Of a stretch of 64,000 nt of DNA, positions 48,205-57,182 are shown in pieces. The notes under the pieces were generated by a model. That model was not told the origin of the DNA. It saw nothing but the letters and a program-made list of their open reading frames with translations, and ran no database searches. The first letter of the stretch is position 1; the number at the start of each line of letters is the position of its first letter. The stretch is from Nitrospirota bacterium (GTDB lineage Bacteria; Nitrospirota; Thermodesulfovibrionia; Thermodesulfovibrionales; Dissulfurispiraceae), in contig JBFMCP010000001.1 of the NCBI GenBank assembly GCA_040754455.1, forward strand, positions 64,001 to 128,000, written 5' to 3'. A program made the translations under genes and the position numbers.

Positions 48205-49919
48205 CGTACGCCGACGAATTAGGTAAGATTACACGCATACCGGTCACCCTTGTGGTGATCACGCTCGATTACTGCGGCAGGACCTTCGGCGTCGATCCAT
48301 GTCTGGCAACCGGCTCCAAGTGCTGGAACACCTTCAAGACCTGCAAATACAAGACTGCTTATCTGAAACAGAGCAAAGACTACAAGATCACCTCTGCCGA
48401 TGCGCCTCTGCCGTTTAAGACCGGCGAGCGGCCGTATCTGCAGCGTGTGAAATATCTCCCGACTGAGATCAAGGATAGTTTTACGGTGAATGCCAGGGTC
48501 ACCATAGAATGCTATGACGTGCCTGATACCGATGTGGGCATAGATCCCTATGTCACCACGCGCAGCGCCTTTCCCAACATTCCGGGGACATTTTGGAAAA
48601 AGCTCATCACCCGCAACAAAAACTACAAAGGCCGCACGGTGAAGATCTACGAGGGCTTCCTGGGGCTCGCAGAGAACGAATTCGAACAGAAGTTCGTCGG
48701 GACCATCGACAACATTACCCTGGGGGAGGGAGAGGTAAAGATCGAGGTTGTGGACCTCCTGAAGTCGCTCTCAAATGTGGAGATTCCGCCCAAGGTCGAT
48801 ATCAAGCTGGTATCGGATACAGCGATCGACGCAGCAACGATCACGCTGACGACGCTTACGGGCCTCTATGCGGCTCCGGCCTACATCCGCATCAAGGATG
48901 ACATTATTTACTACACCGGCACCGCAGGGGGCAACCAGATCACCGGATGCATCTGGGGCCAGTTCGGCAGTACGAAGGAAGCCCACAAGGCGAAAGATAA
49001 GGTGCAGCCGGTCCGTTACATCCCGCCGACGGACGGCTTCGACATCATGAAAACACTGCTCACGACCGATTCGGGGATCGATGCATCATATGTAGATACC
49101 GCTGCCTTTGATTACTGGAAAGCGTGGCCTGAGACGGATATGAACTTCTCGGCCATCATCTCCGAGCCGACCAAGGCGGATAAGCTCTACTTCGAGCTGG
49201 TGGATCTCCTCGACTGCAAATCATGGGTGGCCGAGGACCTCAAGATCACCATCAAGCGCAATGTGCCCAACGAGCCCGGCAGGGGATACAAGACTATCAC
49301 CGATGCGGCGAATATCATCCACGATTCGGCAAGCGTAGACCTCAATGAAAAGTCGCGCATCACCCGGATGCTGCTCTATTGGGACAGGATAGCGATCGGC
49401 AAGGTGGACGATGTGAACGCCTACAACCGCCTCGATATCGGCCTCGACAGCGATGCAGAGGGCGACAATGACTATAACGACATCGTCGAGAAAAAGGTCT
49501 TCTGCCGGTGGATCCGGAGCGGGTACGAAACCGAGGAGACGGTCAACAATTTCATCAAGGACCTCCTCGCCCGGCAGGTATGGCGGCAGCGCGACGCCAT
49601 GCCCATTCTACAGTGCTCGCTTGAGCTGAAGGACAGCGACATCAAGACCGGCCAGTTTACCAAGGTCAGCACCGACGAACTCCTGCAGCCTGACGGCAAC
49701 CCGATCGACAAGGTCATCATGCAGGTGATCAGGAGGGAAATGCAGGACCGCCTGGTGAAGGTAAAGCTCCTGCAGCTGACCCCGAGGCGGCTTGCCTATA
49801 TAGCGGCAGACGATACGCCTGATTATGCAAGCGCCTCTGATGCGCAGAAAGAGTATGGCTTTATAACTGACGATGAGGCCCTGATGCCGGACGGCACTGA
49901 GGGCTACTACACATATTAA
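48201..49919 (+). CDS. Tail hub/tip protein
   Basis: N-terminal Cys cluster C..C..CWNTFKTC, FWKKL..RN. Confidence 0.65.
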   Translation: MTYADELGKITRIPVTLVVITLDYCGRTFGVDPCLATGSKCWNTFKTCKYKTAYLKQSKDYKITSADAPLPFKTGERPYLQRVKYLPTEIKDSFTVNARVTIECYDVPDTDVGIDPYVTTRSAFPNIPGTFWKKLITRNKNYKGRTVKIYEGFLGLAENEFEQKFVGTIDNITLGEGEVKIEVVDLLKSLSNVEIPPKVDIKLVSDTAIDAATITLTTLTGLYAAPAYIRIKDDIIYYTGTAGGNQITGCIWGQFGSTKEAHKAKDKVQPVRYIPPTDGFDIMKTLLTTDSGIDASYVDTAAFDYWKAWPETDMNFSAIISEPTKADKLYFELVDLLDCKSWVAEDLKITIKRNVPNEPGRGYKTITDAANIIHDSASVDLNEKSRITRMLLYWDRIAIGKVDDVNAYNRLDIGLDSDAEGDNDYNDIVEKKVFCRWIRSGYETEETVNNFIKDLLARQVWRQRDAMPILQCSLELKDSDIKTGQFTKVSTDELLQPDGNPIDKVIMQVIRREMQDRLVKVKLLQLTPRRLAYIAADDTPDYASASDAQKEYGFITDDEALMPDGTEGYYTY

Positions 49920-49931
49920 CGAGGTGAGAAT

Positions 49932-50912
49932 ATGGCCTGGAATCCTTTAAACGATACCGAAATCCAAGTGGGAAAGCCTGTAAAAAGGACCTTGTGGCAG
50001 AAGATCAAAGATAGTCTCGAATACCTCTACGGCCAGCTGGCCCCTTCCGGAGCCGACAGCGGCGTGCCGAACGGCTCTTTCGAAGTAGACTCCGACAGCG
50101 ATGGCATCCCTGACCGGTGGACGCGCACCCTTTACGCAGGCGGTTCCGGATCATTCGAAACCGGCTCACCGGCCCACGGCGCAAAGGCATGGAAGTTCGT
50201 GCACCCCGGAGGAGTAGGCAACGGCGGAGGCTACCTGGACTCTGACTATATAGAGATATCCCAGCTCAAGACCTACGTGCTTGGATACACCACATGGGCC
50301 TCTGCAGCGGGTATGCGCAACTTGGTGCAGCTGCTCTATTACAACACTTCGAAGGTCTATCTCAGCACTACGACGCTCTATGATTCCCAGGCAAACCCTG
50401 CAACGCCGACCACATATCTTTCGCAGTATACCCCACCGGCGAATTCACGATTTATCAAGATACGACTCATCGGCGGCAACAGTGATGTGAATGTGGCCGG
50501 TACGGCGTATTTCGATGACATCAAGAATCAAGAGGCTGTGGCGACCGCGCATATGCTCAACAGCAGCGTGACCACTGCGAAGATCGCGGACAGCAACGTG
50601 ACCACTGCGAAGATCGCGGATGACAACGTGACGAATGCGAAGATGAGAAAGACGTTTTCAGAGAGTAATAGCGGATATATTTCTTCTGGAGCATATTGGT
50701 ATCCGACTGCCGGATACTATTCATGGTTTTATCCAGAGGGAACTGGATGGGAGTATGAGGTCTATGTTAGTGGTGCTGGTACTTGGAAGTATGGAGTTGC
50801 GTGTGATGCTTTTGCGGCTCAACTTTTCGGCTCTATGGTGGACGGAAGTAATTATAGGTTTCATAACACGAATATATCATCTCAGATAATAAGATATAGA
50901 AAATTAGATTAA
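49932..50912 (+). CDS. Tail fibre / receptor-binding protein
   Basis: NGSFE..D.DGIPDRW carbohydrate-binding-like domain, VTTAKIAD repeats, aromatic-rich C-terminus. Confidence 0.7.
   Translation: MAWNPLNDTEIQVGKPVKRTLWQKIKDSLEYLYGQLAPSGADSGVPNGSFEVDSDSDGIPDRWTRTLYAGGSGSFETGSPAHGAKAWKFVHPGGVGNGGGYLDSDYIEISQLKTYVLGYTTWASAAGMRNLVQLLYYNTSKVYLSTTTLYDSQANPATPTTYLSQYTPPANSRFIKIRLIGGNSDVNVAGTAYFDDIKNQEAVATAHMLNSSVTTAKIADSNVTTAKIADDNVTNAKMRKTFSESNSGYISSGAYWYPTAGYYSWFYPEGTGWEYEVYVSGAGTWKYGVACDAFAAQLFGSMVDGSNYRFHNTNISSQIIRYRKLD
50561..50644 (+). repeat. 30-bp tandem repeat (about 2.8 copies)
   Basis: cagcarcgtgaccactgcgaagatcgcgga. Confidence 0.85.
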
Positions 50913-50928
50913 GGAGAAATGTAAGAGC

Positions 50929-51165
50929 ATGCTCAATTTGGCTGCAATAAAAGAGAAGTATAAGATCGATACAACACAGGAAGCCTTTCAGCAATTCCCG
51001 GCTGTTATGAACGGGCAGATACTTTTGGAGTCAAACGAACGGGGGACTGTCACCATTGACGAAGCGACGTTCGTCGCGATCTATGGGGACCCGCTGCATG
51101 ACTTTGTTGCCTCGGGCCATGAAAAGTATCGACAGAAGTTTATAGCCGAAGGGCTTGTCGTATAG
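50929..51165 (+). CDS. Hypothetical protein
   Basis: 78 aa after fibre gene. Confidence 0.55.
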   Translation: MLNLAAIKEKYKIDTTQEAFQQFPAVMNGQILLESNERGTVTIDEATFVAIYGDPLHDFVASGHEKYRQKFIAEGLVV

Positions 51166-51202
51166 AGGAAGGAGCAGCAGCTATGAAGTGATGTATAATA
51201 AT

Positions 51203-51340
51203 GCCGTTCGGACGTGAGCAACTCCGCTAACCGGAGCGCTGGCTTAACCCGTAACCTTAATGCTTCGCAGGATAGTATCCAACTCCCTCGTTGGGAGACC
51301 TGGACAACCCGCCCGGCCATAGGTTTCGGGTTATTTTTTT
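51203..51340 (+). ncRNA. Candidate multi-hairpin RNA ending in U7
   Basis: TATAAT 51194-51199; stem 51245-51257/51321-51333; several internal hairpins. Confidence 0.45.
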
Positions 51341-51353
51341 CGGGAGGCGGCAG

Positions 51354-51512
51354 ATGGCTGATACGGAGAAAACAAAGGCGTGGAAGAAAAAGCTCGCTGA
51401 GGTCCTGAAAGAGCATCCGGAAGTGGGACCAAAGTTCACCGGCAGGATAGAGGTCAACTTCAACGAAGGAGGAGTCACCAAGGTTTACATAAAGGACAAA
51501 GAATTGAAGTAA
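51354..51512 (+). CDS. 52-aa protein (YezD/DUF2292-like pattern)
   Basis: FTGRIEVNFNEGGVTKV; SD GGAGG; family tentative. Confidence 0.55.
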   Translation: MADTEKTKAWKKKLAEVLKEHPEVGPKFTGRIEVNFNEGGVTKVYIKDKELK

Positions 51513-51553
51513 GAGCGGACAGGTAATAACTCAGATTTTCGGAGAGCTATGAG

Positions 51554-51591
51554 GCCCGGAGCATGATAACTCTGGGCTTTTCTTTTTTTTT
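51554..51591 (+). terminator. Intrinsic terminator ahead of methylase
   Basis: GCCCGGAG-8nt-CTCTGGGC followed by long T run. Confidence 0.75.
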
Positions 51592-51607
51592 GCAGGGAGG
51601 CTGTTAT

Positions 51608-52378
51608 ATGAATAGAAAGAGTTTCCTGTCGTACCTCGGCGGCAAATCACTGCTGGCCAATAAGATCATCCCACTTATCCCTTCTCATTAGTGCTACTGC
51701 GAGGTGTTCGCCGGGGCGGCCTGGCTATTATTCAAAAAGAACGAATCGGAGGTGGAGATCATCAATGACATCAACACAGATCTGGTGACGCTCTACCGGG
51801 TCGTCAAGCATCACCTCGACGAGTTCATCCGCTATTTCCGCTGGATACTTGTAGCCAGGGAAGAGTTTGAAAGATTCAAAGCGGAGAACCCTGGAACACT
51901 CACCGATATCCAGCGGGCCGTCAGGTTTTACTACCTGCTCAAGAACGGCTATACAGCGCGGGTCCGCAATCCCTCATTCGGCATAAATGCTACACGGCCG
52001 TCGAGCTTCAACCTCCTCCGGATCGAGGAGGACCTTTCAGCCGCGCATCTGAGACTTGCCAGGGTCTTCATCGAGAACCGCCCCTACCAAGCCCTCCTGG
52101 AGCGCTTTGACAAGCCGGGGACGTTCTTCTATATCGACCCTCCGTACTGGGGATGCGAGGACGACTATGGCAAGGGGATATTCTGCAGGGACGATTTCAA
52201 ACACCTGAAGACGATCCTGGAGAGGCTCCAGGGCAAGTTTATCCTGTCCTTAAACGATCGGAAAGAGGTCCGTGACCTGTTCAAAGGTTTCAAGATCCGT
52301 GAGGTCTCCACCTCCTACAGCGCAGCCGGAGGAAACAACCTGAAGCGGGTCACCGAGCTGCTGATCATGAACTATTGA
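51608..52378 (+). pseudogene. Dam/D12-class N6-adenine DNA methylase with in-frame TAG at codon 28
   Basis: SD GGAGG, SYLGGKS...IPSH*CYCEVFAGAA, NDIN, YIDPPY, ELLIMNY; TAG at 51689-51691. Confidence 0.85.
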
Positions 52379-52438
52379 GAGGTTTTAGAAAGGGAATTTA
52401 GAAGCCGGTTAAACGGCCTCAAAAGGGCCGTTTCCGGC

Positions 52439-52488
52439 GATTTCTCATTTTGCCTGTTAAGATTTCTCATTTTGGCTGTTAAGTTATA
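52439..52488 (-). repeat. Right end: two tandem 22-bp transposase-binding repeats
   Basis: gatttctcattttgcctgttaa / gatttctcattttggctgttaa then GTTATA terminus. Confidence 0.85.
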
Positions 52489-52493
52489 GCAAG
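52489..52493 (+). repeat. Right target-site duplication GCAAG
   Basis: Matches 16807-16811. Confidence 0.85.
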
Positions 52494-52540
52494 CAATCCT
52501 TACAGTTCTCCTGACAGGAAAGCAGTACAGCAGAATAAGG

Positions 52541-52572
52541 CTACATATTTGTTGCAATTTACAAAATTGTAG
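52541..52572 (+). promoter_or_regulatory. Paired TACA-N4-TGT(A) activator sites
   Basis: TACAtattTGTT 52542 and TACAaaatTGTA 52560. Confidence 0.6.
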
Positions 52573-52617
52573 TATATGCTCTGTCACTGTTTCCCTTTAA
52601 ATCAAGGACTTCACTCC

Positions 52618-52633
52618 TGGCACGTTTTTCGCT
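52618..52633 (+). promoter_or_regulatory. sigma54 promoter
   Basis: TGGCAC-GTTTT-TCGCT. Confidence 0.82.
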
Positions 52634-52678
52634 TTCTTTTTTGTACAACCATGCACTATACACCTGACGAGGTGACTC

Positions 52679-52870
52679 ATGAGTACATTGAAGGACAAAG
52701 TGAAGGAGATGGAGCGTGAGGAGATTCTCCACGCACTCCGGGAGAGCGACTGGGTGATGGCGAAGGCGGCCCGAAAGCTTGGTATCACCGAACGGATGAT
52801 CGGCTACAAGATCAAGAAATACGGGATACGAAAGGAGGAAGACAGGGAGCCATCATTGAACAGCCACTGA
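52679..52870 (+). CDS. Stand-alone Fis-type HTH resembling NifA C-terminus
   Basis: EREEILHAL..WVMAKAARKLGITERMIGYKI; SD GAGGTG. Confidence 0.8.
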   Translation: MSTLKDKVKEMEREEILHALRESDWVMAKAARKLGITERMIGYKIKKYGIRKEEDREPSLNSH

Positions 52871-52947
52871 GCAGGAAATAAATAGATATTACTACAGAGC
52901 GGGCGTTGTCCGCGTAATGAATAATTACAAATTGGTTGGAGGAAGTT

Positions 52948-53853
52948 ATGAGAGTCATGAGGAATATTAGGAGTCTTATTGCAGTAATGGCGTTAGTGCT
53001 GGCAATTTTGGTAACCGGCCTGTATGCCGAGGAAGTGAAGAAGGTGGACGGCAAGGAAGTCCACGAGGTTGGTACCGAGAAAGGGGCGACCCTGGCGCAT
53101 ACGGTGGAGCCGGCAACAGCACCGGTATCAGGCAGCGCATCGGTGGGCATTTTCAATAGGTACATCTTCAGGGGCTATGAGCTGAGCAACAAGAGCATCG
53201 TGATCCAACCTGCTCTTTCGGTATCCTACAAGGGCTTCTCTGCTACACTCTGGAGCACTATCGACAGCGATGAGCATGCAACGCAGTCCTTTGCGCCTGA
53301 CAGACCGGGACAGAAGAGCTTCAATGAGACCGATCTCACGCTGAGCTGTACCTATGTTCTGGGCAAGCTCAGCCTCACCGGCGGTTACATCTACTACGGC
53401 ACCAAGTATGCGGATGAGACAGAGGAGCTGTTCGTCACTGCAAGCTATGATATGCTGCTGAAGCCTACGCTGTCGGTGTACCGTGACATCAATGAGTATC
53501 CCGGCACGTACATCAACCTCGCAATAGCCCACTCGTTGCCGGTCTATAAAGAGATCACCCTTGATCTGGGGGCATCGGCAGGATACTTTGTAGGAGACGG
53601 CAGCTACTGGAAGACCTTTGAGTCATCGACTGGTGATTACACGGGCAAGAAGTACAGCGCATTTCATGACGGCATGGTAAAGGCCGGTCTGACCATTCCT
53701 GTGGCAAAGAACATATCGGTGCAGCCCACCGTGCAGTACTGGTTCCCGCTTTCGAGCAAGGCGAAGAAGACAGTTGATGGGAACTCATACAATCGCAATG
53801 GAAAGCTCGATGAGACCTTTGTGTACGGCCTGGCGGCGACATTGAGCTTCTAA
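52948..53853 (+). CDS. Outer-membrane beta-barrel (TorF-like putative porin)
   Basis: Signal peptide, RYIFRG, ETDL, GYIYY, terminal Phe. Confidence 0.75.
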   Translation: MRVMRNIRSLIAVMALVLAILVTGLYAEEVKKVDGKEVHEVGTEKGATLAHTVEPATAPVSGSASVGIFNRYIFRGYELSNKSIVIQPALSVSYKGFSATLWSTIDSDEHATQSFAPDRPGQKSFNETDLTLSCTYVLGKLSLTGGYIYYGTKYADETEELFVTASYDMLLKPTLSVYRDINEYPGTYINLAIAHSLPVYKEITLDLGASAGYFVGDGSYWKTFESSTGDYTGKKYSAFHDGMVKAGLTIPVAKNISVQPTVQYWFPLSSKAKKTVDGNSYNRNGKLDETFVYGLAATLSF

Positions 53854-53868
53854 ATAAAGGAGATAATT

Positions 53869-55233
53869 ATGAAACGGTTATTGAGCATATTACTCATACT
53901 AGGATTATTGGGAATCGCAGGAGTTGTGTTTGCAGAAGAGCAGGCACCAACTAACCCTCCTACCCCCGCCGTGGCTGCGGCTGAGCTGGCCCCCCCTGCT
54001 CAGCCCGCTCCGGCCCCCAAGCTGGACACCGGGGACACGGCATGGATGATTGTTGCTACAGCGCTGGTCATGCTGATGACCGTACCCGGACTGGCACTAT
54101 TCTACGGCGGCCTTTCGAAACGTAAAGATACCCTCAACACTATTGCCATGTCCTTTGTGACCTTCTGCATCGTGAGCGTTCTCTGGGTCCTCTATGGATT
54201 CACCTTCAGCTTCAGCGGTGATATCAGCGGCTTTATCGGCGATGGTGCAAAGCTTTTCCTTAAAGGCGTGGGGCCAAACAGCATCAACGACCTTGCCAAG
54301 ACCATACCCGAAAATATCTTCATCGTCTATCAGCTTACGTTTGCGGCAATCACGGTAGCGCTGGCGAGCGGTGCCTATATCGAGAGGATGAAGTTTTCGG
54401 CGTGGGTGCTCTTTTCAGTGCTCTGGATGACCTTTGCCTATGTCCCGGTGGCGCACTGGGTGTGGGGCGGCGGCTTCCTCGCCAAGCTCGGGGCTCTGGA
54501 CTTTGCAGGTGGTACGGTGGTGCATATCAACGCAGGTATTGCCGCACTGGTCGGCGCTCTCATGTTGGGCAAGAGACGTGAGCGTGCCCTTATTCCCAAT
54601 AACCTCACCCTGGTGGTCACGGGTGCAGGGCTGCTGTGGTTCGGCTGGTTCGGCTTTAACGCCGGTTCTGCCCTTGGAGCAAGCGGCCTTGCCGGAGCAG
54701 CGTTCATCAATACCAATACGGCAACCGCTATTGCAGCAGTAGCGTGGATGCTCGTGGAGTGGATGCACTCGAAGAAGCCGACCGTTTTGGGTCTTGCCTC
54801 CGGCGCGGTGGCTGGCCTCGTCGCCATCACCCCGGCTGCAGGATTTGTGAACATCAGCGGCGCCCTGATCATCGGCGCAGCAGCCGGTATTGTGTCCTTC
54901 TTCTCGGTAGCGGTAATGAAGTCCAAGCTCGGCTATGATGATACGCTCGATGCCTTCGGCATTCACGGCGTAGCAGGTACACTCGGAGCGATTCTCACCG
55001 GAGTATTTGCCGATCCGTCGGTGAACGAGCTGGGCAAGGGTCTGCTCTACGGCAATCCGGGACAGCTCATGACCCAGATTATTGCTGCCGGCGTAACCAT
55101 CGTCTATACCGGCGTGGTCACCTTCGTCATCTTCATGATCATCAAGGCAGTGGTCGGACTGAGGGTCGATGCAGAAGCCGAAATAGCGGGCCTCGATGAA
55201 AGTGAACACGGAGAAAAGGCGTACAATTTATAA
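53869..55233 (+). CDS. amtB: Ammonium transporter
   Basis: DFAGGTVVHINAG, WFGWFGFNAGS, DDTLDAFGIHG. Confidence 0.95.
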   Translation: MKRLLSILLILGLLGIAGVVFAEEQAPTNPPTPAVAAAELAPPAQPAPAPKLDTGDTAWMIVATALVMLMTVPGLALFYGGLSKRKDTLNTIAMSFVTFCIVSVLWVLYGFTFSFSGDISGFIGDGAKLFLKGVGPNSINDLAKTIPENIFIVYQLTFAAITVALASGAYIERMKFSAWVLFSVLWMTFAYVPVAHWVWGGGFLAKLGALDFAGGTVVHINAGIAALVGALMLGKRRERALIPNNLTLVVTGAGLLWFGWFGFNAGSALGASGLAGAAFINTNTATAIAAVAWMLVEWMHSKKPTVLGLASGAVAGLVAITPAAGFVNISGALIIGAAAGIVSFFSVAVMKSKLGYDDTLDAFGIHGVAGTLGAILTGVFADPSVNELGKGLLYGNPGQLMTQIIAAGVTIVYTGVVTFVIFMIIKAVVGLRVDAEAEIAGLDESEHGEKAYNL

Positions 55234-55651
<418 letters not shown>

Positions 55652-55658
55652 CCCGTCT

Positions 55659-55687
55659 TACAAAAATGTAGCTCATACATAATTGTA
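55659..55687 (+). promoter_or_regulatory. Paired TACA-N4-TGTA sites
   Basis: TACAaaaaTGTA 55659, TACAtaatTGTA 55676. Confidence 0.65.
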
Positions 55688-55730
55688 GGGAACAATATAT
55701 CCTTTTGTTTTGTTAAACAAATACCCTCTT

Positions 55731-55772
55731 ACGGCGATGGGAAACTACAAAATTGTAGTTTCCCATCGCCGT
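55731..55772. repeat. Perfect 20-bp inverted repeat with 2-nt spacer
   Basis: ACGGCGATGGGAAACTACAA-AA-TTGTAGTTTCCCATCGCCGT. Confidence 0.9.
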
Positions 55773-55814
55773 TTCTTTTTGCATTTTCAATTTTAAATCA
55801 AAGAAGACCAGCAT

Positions 55815-55830
55815 TGGCATAGTTCTGGCT
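55815..55830 (+). promoter_or_regulatory. sigma54 promoter of second amt
   Basis: TGGCAT-AGTTC-TGGCT (GG-N10-GC). Confidence 0.65.
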
Positions 55831-55869
55831 CTTTCTATGCTCACGCAAATCTCTGCCAAGGAGCCGCAT

Positions 55870-57171
55870 ATGAATATCAAAAACGTTGCAGTACTGGCTT
55901 CGCTAAGCATAATACTTACTCCTCTTCCGGCACACGCCGAGCAAGCTCATAAGATAGATGCCGGCGACACCGCCTTTGTCCTTATATCAGCAGCGCTGGT
56001 CATGCTTATGACCCCCGGCCTCGCCATGTTCTACGGCGGCATGGTGAGGAGGAAGAATGTCCTCGGTACGATTATGCAGAGTTTTGTCGCCATAGCAATC
56101 GTCAGTGTGCAGTGGGTCCTCTTCGGCTACAGTCTTTCGTTCGGCCCCGACATAAACGGCATTATCGGCAGTCTTGACTGGGCAGGGTTACGGGGCGTCG
56201 GCATTGAGCCGAACCCTGATTATGCGCCGACCGTTCCCCACATCGCCTTTATGATCTACCAGGCCATGTTCGCGGTCATCACGCCTGCCCTGATTACCGG
56301 TGCTTTTGCGGAACGTATGAAGTTCTCCGCTTTTTTCCTCTTCACGATTATCTGGACAACAATTGTCTATAACCCTGTTGCCCACTGGATATGGGGCACT
56401 GGGGGATGGCTCAAAAGCATGGGAGTGCTCGATTTCGCCGGCGGTATCGTTGTGCACGTTACCTCAGGCATCTCGGCCCTTGCCGCAGCGCTTATTATAG
56501 GGAGACGGAACGGCCACTCCCACGACTTTACCCCGCATAATCTCCCGATGACAGTCCTCGGCGCCGGTGTACTGTGGTTCGGCTGGTTCGGCTTCAACGC
56601 TGGCAGCGCCCTTTCTTCAGGGGCACTGAGCGCCATGACCTTTGTGGTAACCCATATATCCGCAGTAGGCGCAACACTAATCTGGATCATCATCGAGTGG
56701 GTCCACCGCGGAAAGCCCACCATGTTCGGCGCTGCCACCGGCTCGATCGCAGGACTCGCTACCATAACTCCTGCATCTGGATTTGTCGGCGCCATGTCCG
56801 CCTTGCTTATCGGACTTGCCGCCGGTTCGGTATGCTATATTGCGCTGAACCTCAAGGGTCACCTCGGCTATGATGATTCGCTCGATGCCTTCGGTGTCCA
56901 CGGCGTCGGCGGTATTCTCGGTACGCTGGCTACCGGACTTCTTGCCCAGAAACTGATTAATCCCGGGGGTGCAGACGGCCTGTTCTTCGGCAATGCACAT
57001 TTGTTTACCGCCCAGCTTATCGGCATAGCGGTCACCGCTCTCTATTCCTTCGTAGTAACCGCAGTTATCCTGAAAGTGCTCGATACGACGGTCGGGTTGA
57101 GGGTCGACGGTGAATCCGAAATCGTCGGGCTCGATATTACCCAGCACGGAGAGAGCGGCTACACGCTCTAA
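55870..57171 (+). CDS. amtB: Ammonium transporter (second copy)
   Basis: DFAGGIVVH, PHNLP, WFGWFGFNAGS, DDSLDAFGVHG. Confidence 0.95.
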   Translation: MNIKNVAVLASLSIILTPLPAHAEQAHKIDAGDTAFVLISAALVMLMTPGLAMFYGGMVRRKNVLGTIMQSFVAIAIVSVQWVLFGYSLSFGPDINGIIGSLDWAGLRGVGIEPNPDYAPTVPHIAFMIYQAMFAVITPALITGAFAERMKFSAFFLFTIIWTTIVYNPVAHWIWGTGGWLKSMGVLDFAGGIVVHVTSGISALAAALIIGRRNGHSHDFTPHNLPMTVLGAGVLWFGWFGFNAGSALSSGALSAMTFVVTHISAVGATLIWIIIEWVHRGKPTMFGAATGSIAGLATITPASGFVGAMSALLIGLAAGSVCYIALNLKGHLGYDDSLDAFGVHGVGGILGTLATGLLAQKLINPGGADGLFFGNAHLFTAQLIGIAVTALYSFVVTAVILKVLDTTVGLRVDGESEIVGLDITQHGESGYTL

Positions 57172-57182
57172 GCACAAGGTGA

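Larger units (their letters stand above)
16812..52488. mobile_element. Mu-like transposable prophage, 35,677 bp, siphovirus-type tail
   Basis: 5-bp TSD, related inverted ends, DDE transposase plus AAA ATPase, GemA, Mor, Mu-type portal/terminase/gpF/gpG/gp36/gp37, no sheath gene. Confidence 0.93.

Noticed and set aside
40820..51340. Diversity-generating retroelement targeting fibre genes
   Set aside because: No reverse transcriptase and no TR/VR pair differing at adenines seen
51203..51340. Amber-suppressor tRNA (CTA in a loop) for the methylase TAG
   Set aside because: No T-loop GTTC in position, no D-arm or CCA end, and CTA is not centred in a 7-nt loop
49932..52378. Mu-type invertible G segment
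   Set aside because: No invertase gene, no inverted alternative fibre genes or gix-like repeats
16812..52488. Phage-wide TAG reassignment
   Set aside because: Several phage genes end normally at TAG (19080, 20249, 39379, 51165) and coding density is normal under code 11
16806..52495. Alternative TG...CA prophage ends
   Set aside because: Those boundaries give no target duplication (cacta vs atcct) and put the end repeats out of register
52679..52870. nifA truncated by prophage insertion
   Set aside because: No AAA-domain coding remnant on either side of the insertion; the ORF has its own promoter and SD
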